DNA from: Phycisphaerae bacterium
Lineage (GTDB): Bacteria; Planctomycetota; Phycisphaerae; UBA1845
Length of the DNA stretch: 64,000 nucleotides
Assembly (NCBI GenBank): GCA_963666835.2
Contig: CAXXGO010000001.1
Coordinates: 224,001 to 288,000 of the forward strand
Direction: 5' to 3'
The notes under the pieces are model-generated. The model searched no databases, was not told the DNA's origin, and saw only the letters and a list, made by a program, of their open reading frames with translations. The position numbers and the translations under genes are program-made. Positions 31,525 through 41,735 of this stretch are shown here, piece after piece. How positions within the stretch are numbered: the first letter of the stretch is position 1; the number at the start of each line of letters is the position of its first letter.

Positions 31525-32619
31525 ATGCGCCCAGACGTCAAGCTCGGGGTTGTCATTTCGCTGGTCATCGTTCTGGTAGCGGGCGGCTACTATCTCTATC
31601 GCGGAACGGATGAGGCCTCGATTCCGGTGGCTGGAAACCCGTCCGCCGGATCCGGTTCTCAGGCCGATTCGAGCCCGCCGGGGTCGACCAAGATTGCATC
31701 AGCAGACTCCCGTAAGAGTGCGGCCGGTCGTCCGAAGACCACGCCCGGTAGCGCAAAATCGCGAAAGAGCCCAGGGCGGGGCAATCCGGCTCCGAATGCC
31801 AAGCCGAAATCGACGGAATCGCCCGAAAGGCAGGTGAATCCGGCGTCAGAACGAGTGGCGGAGAAGCCGGCGGACGAGCCGGTGGTCACGCCACGGAGGG
31901 CGCGGCAATCCGGGAAAGCCGGCCAGACCGGGGCGAACAAGCCAGCAGCGGACAAGCATCCGAGGTCTCGTCGTACCGCTGCCGCTCCGAAGAATGACCC
32001 GCTTGAAGCTGGCGAAGGAGTCGGCGCAAACAAGGAGACCAGTCCGCCGGCGGCGAAGAATCCAAGGGTAGCCGCGACCCGGCCGGAGACGAACTCACTG
32101 TCGCCCAAACCCGGGGTGGGTGGATCGAATAACAGGCCCACCGCCAACAGCGGGGCGCCGAGCACGGCCGGGCGGCAGGCCAATCGGTCGACCTCAAGGA
32201 CCAAGCAACCACCATCGGATGCGGTTGACACTCATAAGGTGCAGCCGGGTGATACGATCTCAGGGCTGGCCAAGGCATACTACGGACACGAGAAGTACAT
32301 TGATTTCCTCGCGAAGGCCAACCCGCAACTGGCGGATCCGGGAAGGCTGTCGGTAGGTTCCGTTGTGAGGATCCCACCCGCCCCGGCGGATGGCGATCTT
32401 ACCACGACAACAAGCCCGGGGACGAGGCTGGCGGCCGCCACCCGCCCGCACCAGCAGAGAACCTACACGGTTGAATCGGGGGATAGCTTCTACTCGATCG
32501 CCGGCAAGGTTCTGGGAGACTCGACCCGCTGGAAAGAGCTGTTCGATCTGAACAGTGATCTGGTCCGCGGGAACCCCAAACGCCTGCAGATCGGCCAGGT
32601 CTTGGTTCTGCCCAACTGA
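31525..32619 (+). CDS. Membrane-anchored LysM peptidoglycan-binding protein
   Basis: N-terminal TM, long Pro/Ser/Lys-rich linker, two LysM domains (HKVQPGDTISGLA; YTVESGDSFYSIA). Confidence 0.9.
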   Translation: MRPDVKLGVVISLVIVLVAGGYYLYRGTDEASIPVAGNPSAGSGSQADSSPPGSTKIASADSRKSAAGRPKTTPGSAKSRKSPGRGNPAPNAKPKSTESPERQVNPASERVAEKPADEPVVTPRRARQSGKAGQTGANKPAADKHPRSRRTAAAPKNDPLEAGEGVGANKETSPPAAKNPRVAATRPETNSLSPKPGVGGSNNRPTANSGAPSTAGRQANRSTSRTKQPPSDAVDTHKVQPGDTISGLAKAYYGHEKYIDFLAKANPQLADPGRLSVGSVVRIPPAPADGDLTTTTSPGTRLAAATRPHQQRTYTVESGDSFYSIAGKVLGDSTRWKELFDLNSDLVRGNPKRLQIGQVLVLPN

Positions 32620-32726
32620 CATACTGATAACGAGATGCCCAACAGGCTGCTCCGGCACCGTCAGGCGTCGCCGGCTCCGATCGCGTGAACGTCAACCGGG
32701 CCACCCGATAGTGTCCCCGCTATTCC

Positions 32727-32814
32727 GTAGGGCATGGTCGAGGCACGAGACCTGCCGTGGTCGTTGAGCGATGTGCGACTCCGTGGCAGGTCTCATGCCT
32801 CGACCATGCCCTAC
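32727..32814. repeat. Inverted REP doublet (REPIN) of family A
   Basis: gtagggcatggtcgaggcacgagacctgcc at 32727-32756 and a near-perfect reverse complement at 32785-32814. Confidence 0.8.
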
Positions 32815-33070
32815 GAGACTGCGGATCCCAACACGTGCGGGCGCGCGAGCACTCTCTCGATCCCCCGTGCTCGACGATCTTCAAACTCGGAATCGGCAGT
32901 TTTCGCGTTCGAGTGGCGCGCGGAAGCGGGTCACGAAAGCACAGTCTCCCTGCCCAGTTGCCGATGAACCCGTAACCGAGGATTGGGGTATTTGCCGTGT
33001 CTGCCGGTTTCCTCCCCATCCACCTGAAACTGCGGGTTTATCCGGATGCCCGCCAGGCTGAGTGACAAAG

Positions 33071-33658
33071 ATGACTCCTCGTAAGACAGTCTTCACAACG
33101 GGCGAAGTGGCCAAGATCTGTAACGTGGCTCCGCGCACGGTCTCCAAGTGGTTTGACTCCGGCCACCTGCGGGGATACCGCATTCCCGGGAGCAAAGACC
33201 GGCGGATCCCGCTGGATCAACTGATCCACTTCATGCGTGCTCACGGACTTCCGCTGAACGGGCTGGGCGAGACCGGGGTCCGTGTACTTGTACTCGACCG
33301 GGACATGGAGTTGTGGGATACGGTTCGCCAGGCCATGCCCGCGGAGCCCGCCTGCGATATTTCGGTCGCAACGACCGCCTTCGAGGCGGGGGCGGCCGCG
33401 AATGAGATGAAGCCCGGCGTGGTGATCGTCGATGTCACGCTGCCCGATGTCGAAACGAAAGGGCTTGTGCGTTCGGTCCGCTCCCTGGCCGACCTGCAGG
33501 AGACCCGGTTGATCGCCATTGCGACCGGCTTGACCGAGGCGCAGGGGCACGCCCTGCTACAGGACGGGTTCGACGGGTACCTGAGCAAACCGTTTGAGCT
33601 TAGCGAGCTTATGGACCAACTCGAAAAGCTCGTGTTTGCCCCCGTTGGCAGCCGATAG
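33071..33658 (+). CDS. Response regulator with an N-terminal excisionase-type HTH
   Basis: FTTGEVAKICNVAPRTVSKWFDSG.LRGYRIPGS.DRRIP plus a REC domain (VIVD, KPF). Confidence 0.88.
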   Translation: MTPRKTVFTTGEVAKICNVAPRTVSKWFDSGHLRGYRIPGSKDRRIPLDQLIHFMRAHGLPLNGLGETGVRVLVLDRDMELWDTVRQAMPAEPACDISVATTAFEAGAAANEMKPGVVIVDVTLPDVETKGLVRSVRSLADLQETRLIAIATGLTEAQGHALLQDGFDGYLSKPFELSELMDQLEKLVFAPVGSR

Positions 33659-34186
33659 TCTGCCGCCCCCTCCGCCGGCATAGCGACACCTGGTTGTCAT
33701 AAAGACCTGATCCGCCTACGTCACACCTGGGTTCTCCGGTGCGCCACTGCTCTTGAGCAGTGCAGGAACGGCGCCAGGCGTGGATCGAACCAGGACGGAC
33801 GGCATGGGCCCACTTGTTAGCCCGTGCAGTGACAGATTAGAGGCATCAACAACGAGACAGGCCTCGTTCCTCGACCATGCCCTACCAAGCTCTGGCAGCG
33901 GTTCAATCCCCCATCGCCAAAGCGATGAGCCACCCGACCGAGCATCAGTACCTTGACCGGCAGGGATTGGCTGTACGATGTATTCGCCTGGGGCGGGTCG
34001 CTCACGCTCACCGTACTGATGTCGGGTCCCCCACCGCCAAAGCGATGAGCCATTCGACCGCTGGGAAAAAGAACGAGAACCCTGGAACCGAGGCCTGCCG
34101 TCCGGCGTCCAACAGGGAGATTGGCTCGCGGGGCGCCTCCCGAATTAGGATCGGGAGGTCTCTCCCGCACTCGTTCACTAGGGAGG

Positions 34187-35401
34187 ATGTTCGTCATGAT
34201 CGCATTTCAGATTGCCCTGCTTCACCTCGCCACAGGGGTCTTCCTGCTCCACAATGCCGACCCAACGGCACCGGTCGACGTTGGGGTCCGTGATCTCGTA
34301 GCGGGAAACAACGCTTTTGCCTTCGACCTTTATGAACAACTGGCTTCGAAGGAAGGTAACCTCTTTATCGCCCCCCAGAGCGTCTCGATCGCGCTGGGTA
34401 TGACGTATGCCGGAGCCCACGGCGATACCGCCGACCAGATGGCGGCCGTCATGCACTTTCCGTCGGAGCGGGATCAACTTAACCGGGCGTTTGCGGCCTT
34501 GCTTGCCCAGCTCGGGACGGAGTCGGGTGACGCTGCGCAGCAGCTCAATATTGTCAATGCGTTATGGGGACAGCGGGGTTACGGGTTCCTTGACGAGTTT
34601 CTCGCGCAGACTCGCCTGAGCTACGGTGCGGGGTTTCGCGAGGTGGATTTCCGACGCGCGTCAGAACAGGCTCGAGACGAAATCAACCGCTGGGTGGCCG
34701 GGCAAACTCAGCAGAAGATCCAAGAGCTGCTGCAGGCCGGCGATGTGGACGCCGCCACCGCTCTCGTGCTCACCAACGCGGTCTACTTCAAAGGCGCGTG
34801 GGCCAAGCAGTTCGACCGCGGCGACACGAGGAGCGAGCCCTTTCATTTCGGCCATCTTCGCGAGCTGAATGTGCCGCTGATGCATCAACTCGGGCAGTTT
34901 GCCTTCGCGAGTGAGCCGGACGTCGATATCCTGGAACTGCCGTTCGACGGTGGCGGCCTGGCCATGGTCGTCGTACTGCCGAAAGACATCGACGGACTGT
35001 CGAGCCTGGAAGCGGGCCTCTGTCCGGAAGCTCTGAATCGATGGGTCGGCAGCCTTCGGCGGCAGCCGGTTCGGGTGACGATCCCGCGCTTCACCGTGGC
35101 GACGAGGGTGGATCTTGCCGACGAGCTGGCCGGTATGGGGATGCCGGACGCCTTCGGCGCCGAGGCCGACTTCTCCGGCATGACCACGGCTCACAAGCTG
35201 TTCATTTCCAACGTGTTTCACGAAGCTCGCATGGAAGCGAATGAAGAAGGCGCCGAGGCCACCGCCGCCACGGCCGTGGTGATGACTAAGGGACCTCAAC
35301 CTGCGGCTTTCCTCGCGGATCACCCGTTCGTGTTCGTAATCCGTGACCGGCTCAGCGGGAGTATTCTGTTCATGGGCCGCGTTGTGGACCCCTCCGCGTA
35401 A
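34187..35401 (+). CDS. Serpin (serine protease inhibitor), probably secreted
   Basis: NNAFAFDLY, NAVYFKGAW, hinge EEGAEATAAT, FLADHPF, ILFMGRV.DP. Confidence 0.95.
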   Translation: MFVMIAFQIALLHLATGVFLLHNADPTAPVDVGVRDLVAGNNAFAFDLYEQLASKEGNLFIAPQSVSIALGMTYAGAHGDTADQMAAVMHFPSERDQLNRAFAALLAQLGTESGDAAQQLNIVNALWGQRGYGFLDEFLAQTRLSYGAGFREVDFRRASEQARDEINRWVAGQTQQKIQELLQAGDVDAATALVLTNAVYFKGAWAKQFDRGDTRSEPFHFGHLRELNVPLMHQLGQFAFASEPDVDILELPFDGGGLAMVVVLPKDIDGLSSLEAGLCPEALNRWVGSLRRQPVRVTIPRFTVATRVDLADELAGMGMPDAFGAEADFSGMTTAHKLFISNVFHEARMEANEEGAEATAATAVVMTKGPQPAAFLADHPFVFVIRDRLSGSILFMGRVVDPSA

Positions 35402-35669
35402 CGGGAGCCAATGGTGCGTCACACCCAGTGTCGCTTCCGCGAAGTAGTGGGGTTTCTTCATCCCCTCCTCACCAAGGAGGGGCCGGGGGAGGTTCTTCTC
35501 CGTCGGAACAGCCCACCCTCGATCCCCCTAAGCACGGGGGGAGGATCTTGAACGACCTCCCTGGAAACGGCCCCAGGTTTTCGGGTGTGCCACTGCTCTT
35601 GAGCAGTGCAGGAACAGACGCGGTGGGGAATGAACACGAGCCTCTACAAGTGGTGATGCGCTAGTGATG

Positions 35670-36035
35670 CTAGTCGGTCGCCGCCGGACGATTGCCGTGC
35701 TCGGCGCGAATGACGCTGCAGATACCGCCGCGTACGGTCCAGCTCGACTCGACCTGCATCCACCGGGGACTGCAGCAGGCCAGCAGGTCATCGAGGATCG
35801 CATTGGTAACGTCTTCGTAGAAGATCCCCTCGGCGCGATAGCCTTGAAGATATAGCTTGAGACTCTTGAGTTCCACGCAATCGGCGTCGGCGACATACGT
35901 GATTCGGATAGTGCCGAAGTCCGGCTGTCCGGTTTTCGGGCAAACGCTCGTGAACTCCTGAACAGTGTGCTCGATCACGAAGTTGCGCGCCGGTTTCGGG
36001 TTGGGGAACACCTCCAGGACAGTTCGATCAGCCAT
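35670..36035 (-). CDS. queF: 7-cyano-7-deazaguanine (preQ0) reductase
   Basis: EFTSVCPKTGQPDF, ELKSLKLY, RGGI. Confidence 0.95.
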   Translation of the reverse strand: MADRTVLEVFPNPKPARNFVIEHTVQEFTSVCPKTGQPDFGTIRITYVADADCVELKSLKLYLQGYRAEGIFYEDVTNAILDDLLACCSPRWMQVESSWTVRGGICSVIRAEHGNRPAATD

Positions 36036-36581
36036 CGCGTAACCTCATAGCCTGCCGGACGCGGCCCACGCACGCCATCGACCCGTAACAACCCCTGCTA
36101 TCGGTGAGCCGGAGCAATGTAGTAGGTGGATTCCGTCTTGGCAAGCGAGGGAGGTAACAGGGGCAGGCTCCGCTTGGACGGGCGGGGGCGATTATACGCA
36201 CGAGAGACGCGCGTCTTCGTGATAGGTGGGTGGCCCACCTCCTCCGGAGGTGGGGGAGCCGATGATACGCGAGAGAGACGACAATACGTACGAGGGTCGC
36301 AGTTTGCCGCGATAGCAGGTCGTGTTTTCAACGGCTGAAGCGATGGGACGCCTGAATCGGATGGCATAGGCTAACCTGTTAGCCCGTGGAGTGACAGGCG
36401 CGAGGCACTCGCAGTGATGCGTATCTTCCACCGCTAGATGGGGCGTCGATTTAATCAATCTCGCGAGGTTCAGCTTGCTGGCTCGGAGCCAGAGCATGGG
36501 GTTTCATTCTTGACAGCCAACTCGTACGCTCGGTTTCGATCAAACCGACAGGCCCAAAAGCCATGGGACGCCCGTCGATCC

Positions 36582-37161
36582 AGGTGCGGTTGGCAGATCG
36601 TAGGGCGGCAGCGAGCCCCTTGGGGCGACAGATCCTTCTAGCCCCACGGCGTAAGCCTGGGGAACCATTCGGGCGTTCCGCGCCAAGCCCCTTGTGGGCG
36701 GCAGATCGCCTCGGTGTTCGAGTGCGCCGCCGGTGATTCGACATCACACAGGGAGATGTTGGCGCCGGCCGGGTGCATAAGCCTATTCGAAGTGCCGCCC
36801 TGCCGGGCTGAAGACGCCTGAGCCGCACGTCCCCAGGGCTGACGCCCTGGGCTGGAATCGGTGCCGCCCTTGCGGGCTGGTTTCGCGAAGCACACGATGA
36901 TCGCCTCTTCGCGCGATATGCGCCTTTGCGGCAGGTCTCGTACCTCGACCGTGCCCTACAGAGACACGAACGTGGCATAGGACTTCGTGTGCCTCGCCGC
37001 TAAAGCGATGGGCCACCCGTTCAGTACCACGACCGTCAGGGAGTGGCCGTATCGTGGCATATAGTTGGCACGAAGCGCGTAAAGGCCGGTCGCTGACGCT
37101 TGCGGTACTGATTGCGATACACGCCTTTACGGCAGATGTCGTGCCTCGACCGTGCCCTACG
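36582..37161. repeat. ~580-bp direct repeat, copy 1 (REP mosaic)
   Basis: Aligns by eye to 39923-40500; ~36730-37116 appears identical to ~40069-40455. Confidence 0.9.
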
Positions 37162-37213
37162 AAGGTTTGAGTCCATTCCGCGACCTGTTCGAGAGGCGAG
37201 ATCGTCCTGCGAA

Positions 37214-37774
37214 TCACGGCGCGATCTCCCTCCCACATTCCGGGCAAACGCCGGACTCGTTGCCGGTGAGGTCGTAGCCGCAGCCACCACAAAGCCCGCG
37301 CTTACGGCGACATCGCCGACGAAGCGGGCCGCGGATGAACACTATGGTCGGGTAGGCGGCAAAGAGGACGAAGAAGAACCCTCGGGGCACAACAAGCGCC
37401 CGCAGGAAGACGTGGCTCGGGAAGACATCATCCATGCTAGCGAAGTTCACTATTTTCCCTTTGTCGAGGTATAATGTGCCGACACAGATCGCGTGAAACC
37501 AGGCCTCGGACTCCTCATCCCAAGCATCGCTATCCGCCTGCCCGGCAAACAGGCGTAGGTAGCCGATGGTAGAGTGCCAAGAATGGGACACGGAAAAGAG
37601 GAACCTATCCGGCCCGCTATCCGACCGTCCGAGATACAAGCGTGCAGGACATGGTTTTCGCACCGGACAGACTCCGGAAACGCCCCACACTTCGACGGCG
37701 GCCATCGCCAGCGCTCCCAACGTCAACCCGACGATGATGGCCACGCGGAGCATTCTAAGCATCTTGCGAATCAC
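37214..37774 (-). CDS. Membrane protein with C-terminal CxxCGYDL-CPECG zinc ribbon (array member C)
   Basis: GTG start overlaps the upstream TGA (GTGA); TM-variable loop-TM-RRR-CGGCGYDLTGNESGVCPECG. Confidence 0.75.
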   Translation of the reverse strand: MIRKMLRMLRVAIIVGLTLGALAMAAVEVWGVSGVCPVRKPCPARLYLGRSDSGPDRFLFSVSHSWHSTIGYLRLFAGQADSDAWDEESEAWFHAICVGTLYLDKGKIVNFASMDDVFPSHVFLRALVVPRGFFFVLFAAYPTIVFIRGPLRRRCRRKRGLCGGCGYDLTGNESGVCPECGREIAP

Positions 37775-38880
37775 GGCGCGATCGCCCTCCCACATTCGGG
37801 GCAAACACCGGACTCGTTGCTGGTGAGGTCGTAACCACAGCCGAGACACAACCCGCGCTTGCGGCGACGGCGCCGACGTCGGTGACGAAGCGGGCCGCGG
37901 ATGAAGGCGAGAGCGGGGTAGGCCGCCAATATGACAAACGGAAACCAGCTTGGCACCTCAATAGTCTGATGCACGTATTGCCGACTACGGCGTCCGCCCT
38001 TCTTGTCTTGCGACCACCCGAAGGGTCCGAGTTGAATCGTCCGGGGTATGATACCACTTGGATCCGCTACGTAGTCCCGATAGGACACGCGCACTTGACT
38101 CGGCAGACACTCGAACTCCAGGGCGTGGTCGCAACGCGGGTATGGCTCCCCGAATCTTAGGGTGAACCGACTACCTTCGCTCGCCCGCCGGGAGAAACTC
38201 ACTCTCTGGGCCCAAGACGTCCAGTGGGCTGTCTCCCCGGGGAAGGCCAACACCGCCCACGCGGCGCCGTATACAACAGCTCCGAGCATGCATCCGAGCA
38301 GAGTGACTTTGCGAATCACCGAGTAATTCGCCCGCCCGCAATCGGGGCAAACGCCGGAGACGTTGCCCATCAGGTCGTAGCCGCAGGCGATACAGAAGCG
38401 ACGCATCCGCCGGCGCCAGCGACGAAGCGGACCTCGGGCGAAGGCCAGTGCCGGGTACGCGGCCAGAAGGACAAACGGAAACCAGCTTGGCACCCTGATC
38501 GTCCGCCACTCCTTCTCGCCGATACGGTCGCAGCCCTTATCTTGCCCCCAACTGAAGCCCCCCCAGCCTATCCACTTCGAAATGACGCTGCTGGGGCCCT
38601 CCGTGAAATCATACAGGGACGCGGAGACGCGATGTGGCAGAACACGAAACCACAGCTCGTAGTTCCATTGTTTCTTCCTTCGCGGTTCGCCGGGGATCCA
38701 CTGCGCATCGCCAACGCCCAGTGTGAGCATGCTTCCAGCGCTCGCCCGGCTCCAGAAATACACTCTGCGGCCTTGGGACTCCCAGTCGGTCATTTCCTCC
38801 GGGAAGGCCAGGACCACCCATGCGGCCACATAAGCAATCGCCCCGAACGTGCATCCGAACAAGATGATCTTGCGAATCAC
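37771..38880 (-). CDS. Two-unit membrane zinc-ribbon protein (array member B)
   Basis: Two homologous VIRK...VPSWFPF...CxxCGYDL.GN.SGVCP.CG units; GTGA overlap with member A. Confidence 0.75.
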   Translation of the reverse strand: MIRKIILFGCTFGAIAYVAAWVVLAFPEEMTDWESQGRRVYFWSRASAGSMLTLGVGDAQWIPGEPRRKKQWNYELWFRVLPHRVSASLYDFTEGPSSVISKWIGWGGFSWGQDKGCDRIGEKEWRTIRVPSWFPFVLLAAYPALAFARGPLRRWRRRMRRFCIACGYDLMGNVSGVCPDCGRANYSVIRKVTLLGCMLGAVVYGAAWAVLAFPGETAHWTSWAQRVSFSRRASEGSRFTLRFGEPYPRCDHALEFECLPSQVRVSYRDYVADPSGIIPRTIQLGPFGWSQDKKGGRRSRQYVHQTIEVPSWFPFVILAAYPALAFIRGPLRHRRRRRRRKRGLCLGCGYDLTSNESGVCPECGRAIAP

Positions 38881-39842
38881 GGCGCGACCTCCGTACCGCA
38901 TTCCGGGCAAACTCCGGACTCGTTGCCGGTGAGGTCGTAGCCGCAACCGAGACATAGTCCGTGTTTGCGGAGACGGCGTCGACGTCGATGACGAAGCGGG
39001 CCGCGGATGAAGGCGAGAGTGGGGTAGATTGCCAGGAGAATCGCAACGCCCCAAACGAACCGCGCACCGATCAGGCCGCGGACACGTTCGTTGCCCAGGT
39101 CGTTTGTCGTCGACCGGACAGCTAGACCGATGAGACGCTCACGACGTGATTGGACGTGCCCGATCCACTTGGGGTGGGTCTTCGTCCGTCGCCGTCCGGA
39201 CTGCTCTCCGTATTTGAAGGCGGAGAAGTATAGATGCCCGCGACCGACAGAGACACTTACGACGTGGCCAGAAGGGAGACGATATCCACTGATTCCCCGA
39301 ATTCTCCATGGGTTAGACCGCAGCGGCCCGACGGTTATTGTCGCAGCGAGGCTACCCGTTACGATCGCCCCCAGCGTTAAGACGACGATGACGGCCACGT
39401 GGATTGTCCTGACGGTTCTGCGGATCCACACTACTTGGGCCGTTCTGCGAAACGTGGCGACGACCCGGTTGTAGCCGCGCATCAGGGGGTGGTTCGCTGG
39501 AAGCGGATAATCGCGCCGCCACGCCAGGAAGGTTGGGATGCCGATGATCGCCAGCGGCAGCCAGAGCGGTATGACGAGGGTCGGATCGGCAGGTTTGTTA
39601 CAGGTGTAGCGGGGAAGCCAACGGTATAGAGCAGGTCCGTCCTTTCGAATCATCCAACTGAACTCGTTCAGTTGCTGATCTTTGGCGACCAGAACCCCAC
39701 CGCCATGAACGTCACCATAGTAGTGTCCGCAGCACCAAAGAAAGCCCCACCGTGCGGACAGAACGATCATCGCCGCGAGTAGCCCGCACCCCACAAGCCC
39801 CGCCCGTATGAGGATTCGTCGGTTCCGAGGATTGGTCGGCAT
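38877..39842 (-). CDS. Membrane zinc-ribbon protein (array member A)
   Basis: Several TM segments; C-terminus AFIRGPLRHRRRR...CLGCGYDLTGNESGVCPECG. Confidence 0.75.
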   Translation of the reverse strand: MPTNPRNRRILIRAGLVGCGLLAAMIVLSARWGFLWCCGHYYGDVHGGGVLVAKDQQLNEFSWMIRKDGPALYRWLPRYTCNKPADPTLVIPLWLPLAIIGIPTFLAWRRDYPLPANHPLMRGYNRVVATFRRTAQVVWIRRTVRTIHVAVIVVLTLGAIVTGSLAATITVGPLRSNPWRIRGISGYRLPSGHVVSVSVGRGHLYFSAFKYGEQSGRRRTKTHPKWIGHVQSRRERLIGLAVRSTTNDLGNERVRGLIGARFVWGVAILLAIYPTLAFIRGPLRHRRRRRLRKHGLCLGCGYDLTGNESGVCPECGTEVAP

Positions 39843-39922
39843 GTGCCAATGGTAGTGCCCCCGACCGGTGAGGCAAGAAAACAGGTAGGGGCCGCTCTGC
39901 GGACCAACTCGCTCGCCGACGT

Positions 39923-40770
39923 AGGTGTGGTTGGCAGATCGTAGGGTGGCATCAAGCCCCTTGGGGCGACACGCCCTTCTAGCCCCAGGCGTGAGCCTGG
40001 GGGACCGTCCGGGCGTTTCGCATCAAGCCCTTGTGGGCGGCAGATCGCCTCGGTGTTCAAGTGCGTCACCGGTGATTCGACATCACACAGGGAGATGTTG
40101 GCGCCGGCCGGGTGCATAAGCCTATTCGAAGTGCCGCCCTGCCGGGCTGAAGACGCCTGAGCCGCACGTCCCCAGGGCTGACGCCCTGGGCTGGAATCGG
40201 TGCCGCCCTTGCGGGCTGGTTTCGCGAAGCACACGATGATCGCCTCTTCGCGCGATATGCGCCTTTGCGGCAGGTCTCGTACCTCGACCGTGCCCTACAG
40301 AGACACGAACGTGGCATAGGACTTCGTGTGCCTCGCCGCTAAAGCGATGGGCCACCCGTTCAGTACCACGACCGTCAGGGAGTGGCCGTATCGTGGCATA
40401 TAGTTGGCACGAAGCGCGTAAAGGCCGGTCGCTGACGCTTGCGGTACTGATTGCGTTCCGCGCCTTTGCGGCAGGTCTCGTACCTCGACCGTGCCCTACG
40501 GGGACACGAACGTGGCATAACAACGCGTGTTGCCCACCGCTGAAGCAGTGGGCCACCCGTTCAGTACCACGACCGTCAGGGAGTGGGCCGGCACTGTACT
40601 CGCCAAGGGCGGGTCGCTTACGCTCGCCGTACCGATGGTGGCCGGTCGCTGACGCTTGCGGTGCCGCGCCTTTGCGGCAGGTCTCGTGCCTCGACCTGCC
40701 CTACAGAGACACGAACGTGGCATAGGGCTTAATGTCCCCCACCGCTAAAGCGATGGGCCACCCGACGCTA
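39923..40770. repeat. ~580-bp direct repeat, copy 2, plus further tandem ~200-bp REP subunits
   Basis: 39923-40500 matches 36582-37161; family A REP at 40269, 40470 and 40676 with ~200-bp spacing. Confidence 0.9.
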
Positions 40771-40799
40771 GAGCAATGAGCCACCCGACTCGACCTGCC

Positions 40800-41735
40800 C
40801 TACGGTCTGGGGTGGAACTTGGTGTGGATGTGCTTGAGTTGCTCTTCGTCGACGTGGGTGTATATCTGGGTGGTGGTGACATCGGCGTGGCCCAGTAACT
40901 CCTGCACGACACGCAGATCGGCTCCGCCGCCGAGCAGATGCGTGGCGAAGCAATGCCGGAGAGTATGCGGGGATAGTCGACCCTCGATCCCCGCCCGCCG
41001 GGCATACTTGCGGACCAAACGCCAGATGTTCGTGCGGTCCAGCGGACGCCCTGTTCGGGAAAGGAAGATCACCGCGGAGTGGCCGGTGCCGAGGAGGCGC
41101 GAACGAAGCGTATCGACGTAGTCGGATACGGCCTCGATGGCCATGCGCCCCACCGGGATGATCCGCTCCTTCCGCCCTTTGCCGATGCACCGGACGTAGC
41201 CGAGCTTCAGGTTGATCTGGTCGAGCGTCAAACCGGCCACTTCACTCACGCGCATGCCGGTCGCATAGAGCAGCTCCAGCAAGGCGACGTCGCGAAGATA
41301 GAACTCCTCCGCAGGGTCCGGAGCGCGGAGCAAGTTCTCGACCTGATCGTAGTGGATGGTATCGGGAATCGTTCGCCAGCGCCGCGGCGACTCCAGCAGG
41401 GCCGTCACATCCCGCCGCAGCACGCGCTCGGCGTGCAGATGCCGCAGGAACACCTTGATGCACGCGAAATGACGCGCGATCGAGGATATTGCCAGCCCGC
41501 GGCGTTGCAGTCCGATCAGGTGACGTTGCACGTCCTCGACGGAAATCTCCTCGGGCTCAACGTCGGCCGCGACGAGATCGTCCCAGAATTCCCGCAGGTC
41601 GCGCTGGTACGCGGTAACCGTCTCACCGGCTAAGCCGCACTCGAGGAAGATGTAGTCGAGGAAACGTTTGACTACCGGTGCCGGCCGGGGGTCATGCCTA
41701 ACCGACCGTTTCGCTACAAGAGTCGCCGTATTCAT
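40800..41735 (-). CDS. xerD: Tyrosine recombinase XerD
   Basis: LLYATGMRVSE, GKGRKERIIP, SPHTLRHCFATHLL.GGADLRVVQELLGHADVTTTQIYTHV...HPR. Confidence 0.92.
   Translation of the reverse strand: MNTATLVAKRSVRHDPRPAPVVKRFLDYIFLECGLAGETVTAYQRDLREFWDDLVAADVEPEEISVEDVQRHLIGLQRRGLAISSIARHFACIKVFLRHLHAERVLRRDVTALLESPRRWRTIPDTIHYDQVENLLRAPDPAEEFYLRDVALLELLYATGMRVSEVAGLTLDQINLKLGYVRCIGKGRKERIIPVGRMAIEAVSDYVDTLRSRLLGTGHSAVIFLSRTGRPLDRTNIWRLVRKYARRAGIEGRLSPHTLRHCFATHLLGGGADLRVVQELLGHADVTTTQIYTHVDEEQLKHIHTKFHPRP

Noticed and set aside
36036..36200. preQ1 riboswitch upstream of queF
   Set aside because: No recognisable preQ1 stem-loop with an A-rich tail on the minus strand; an Rfam scan would be needed to exclude it fully.
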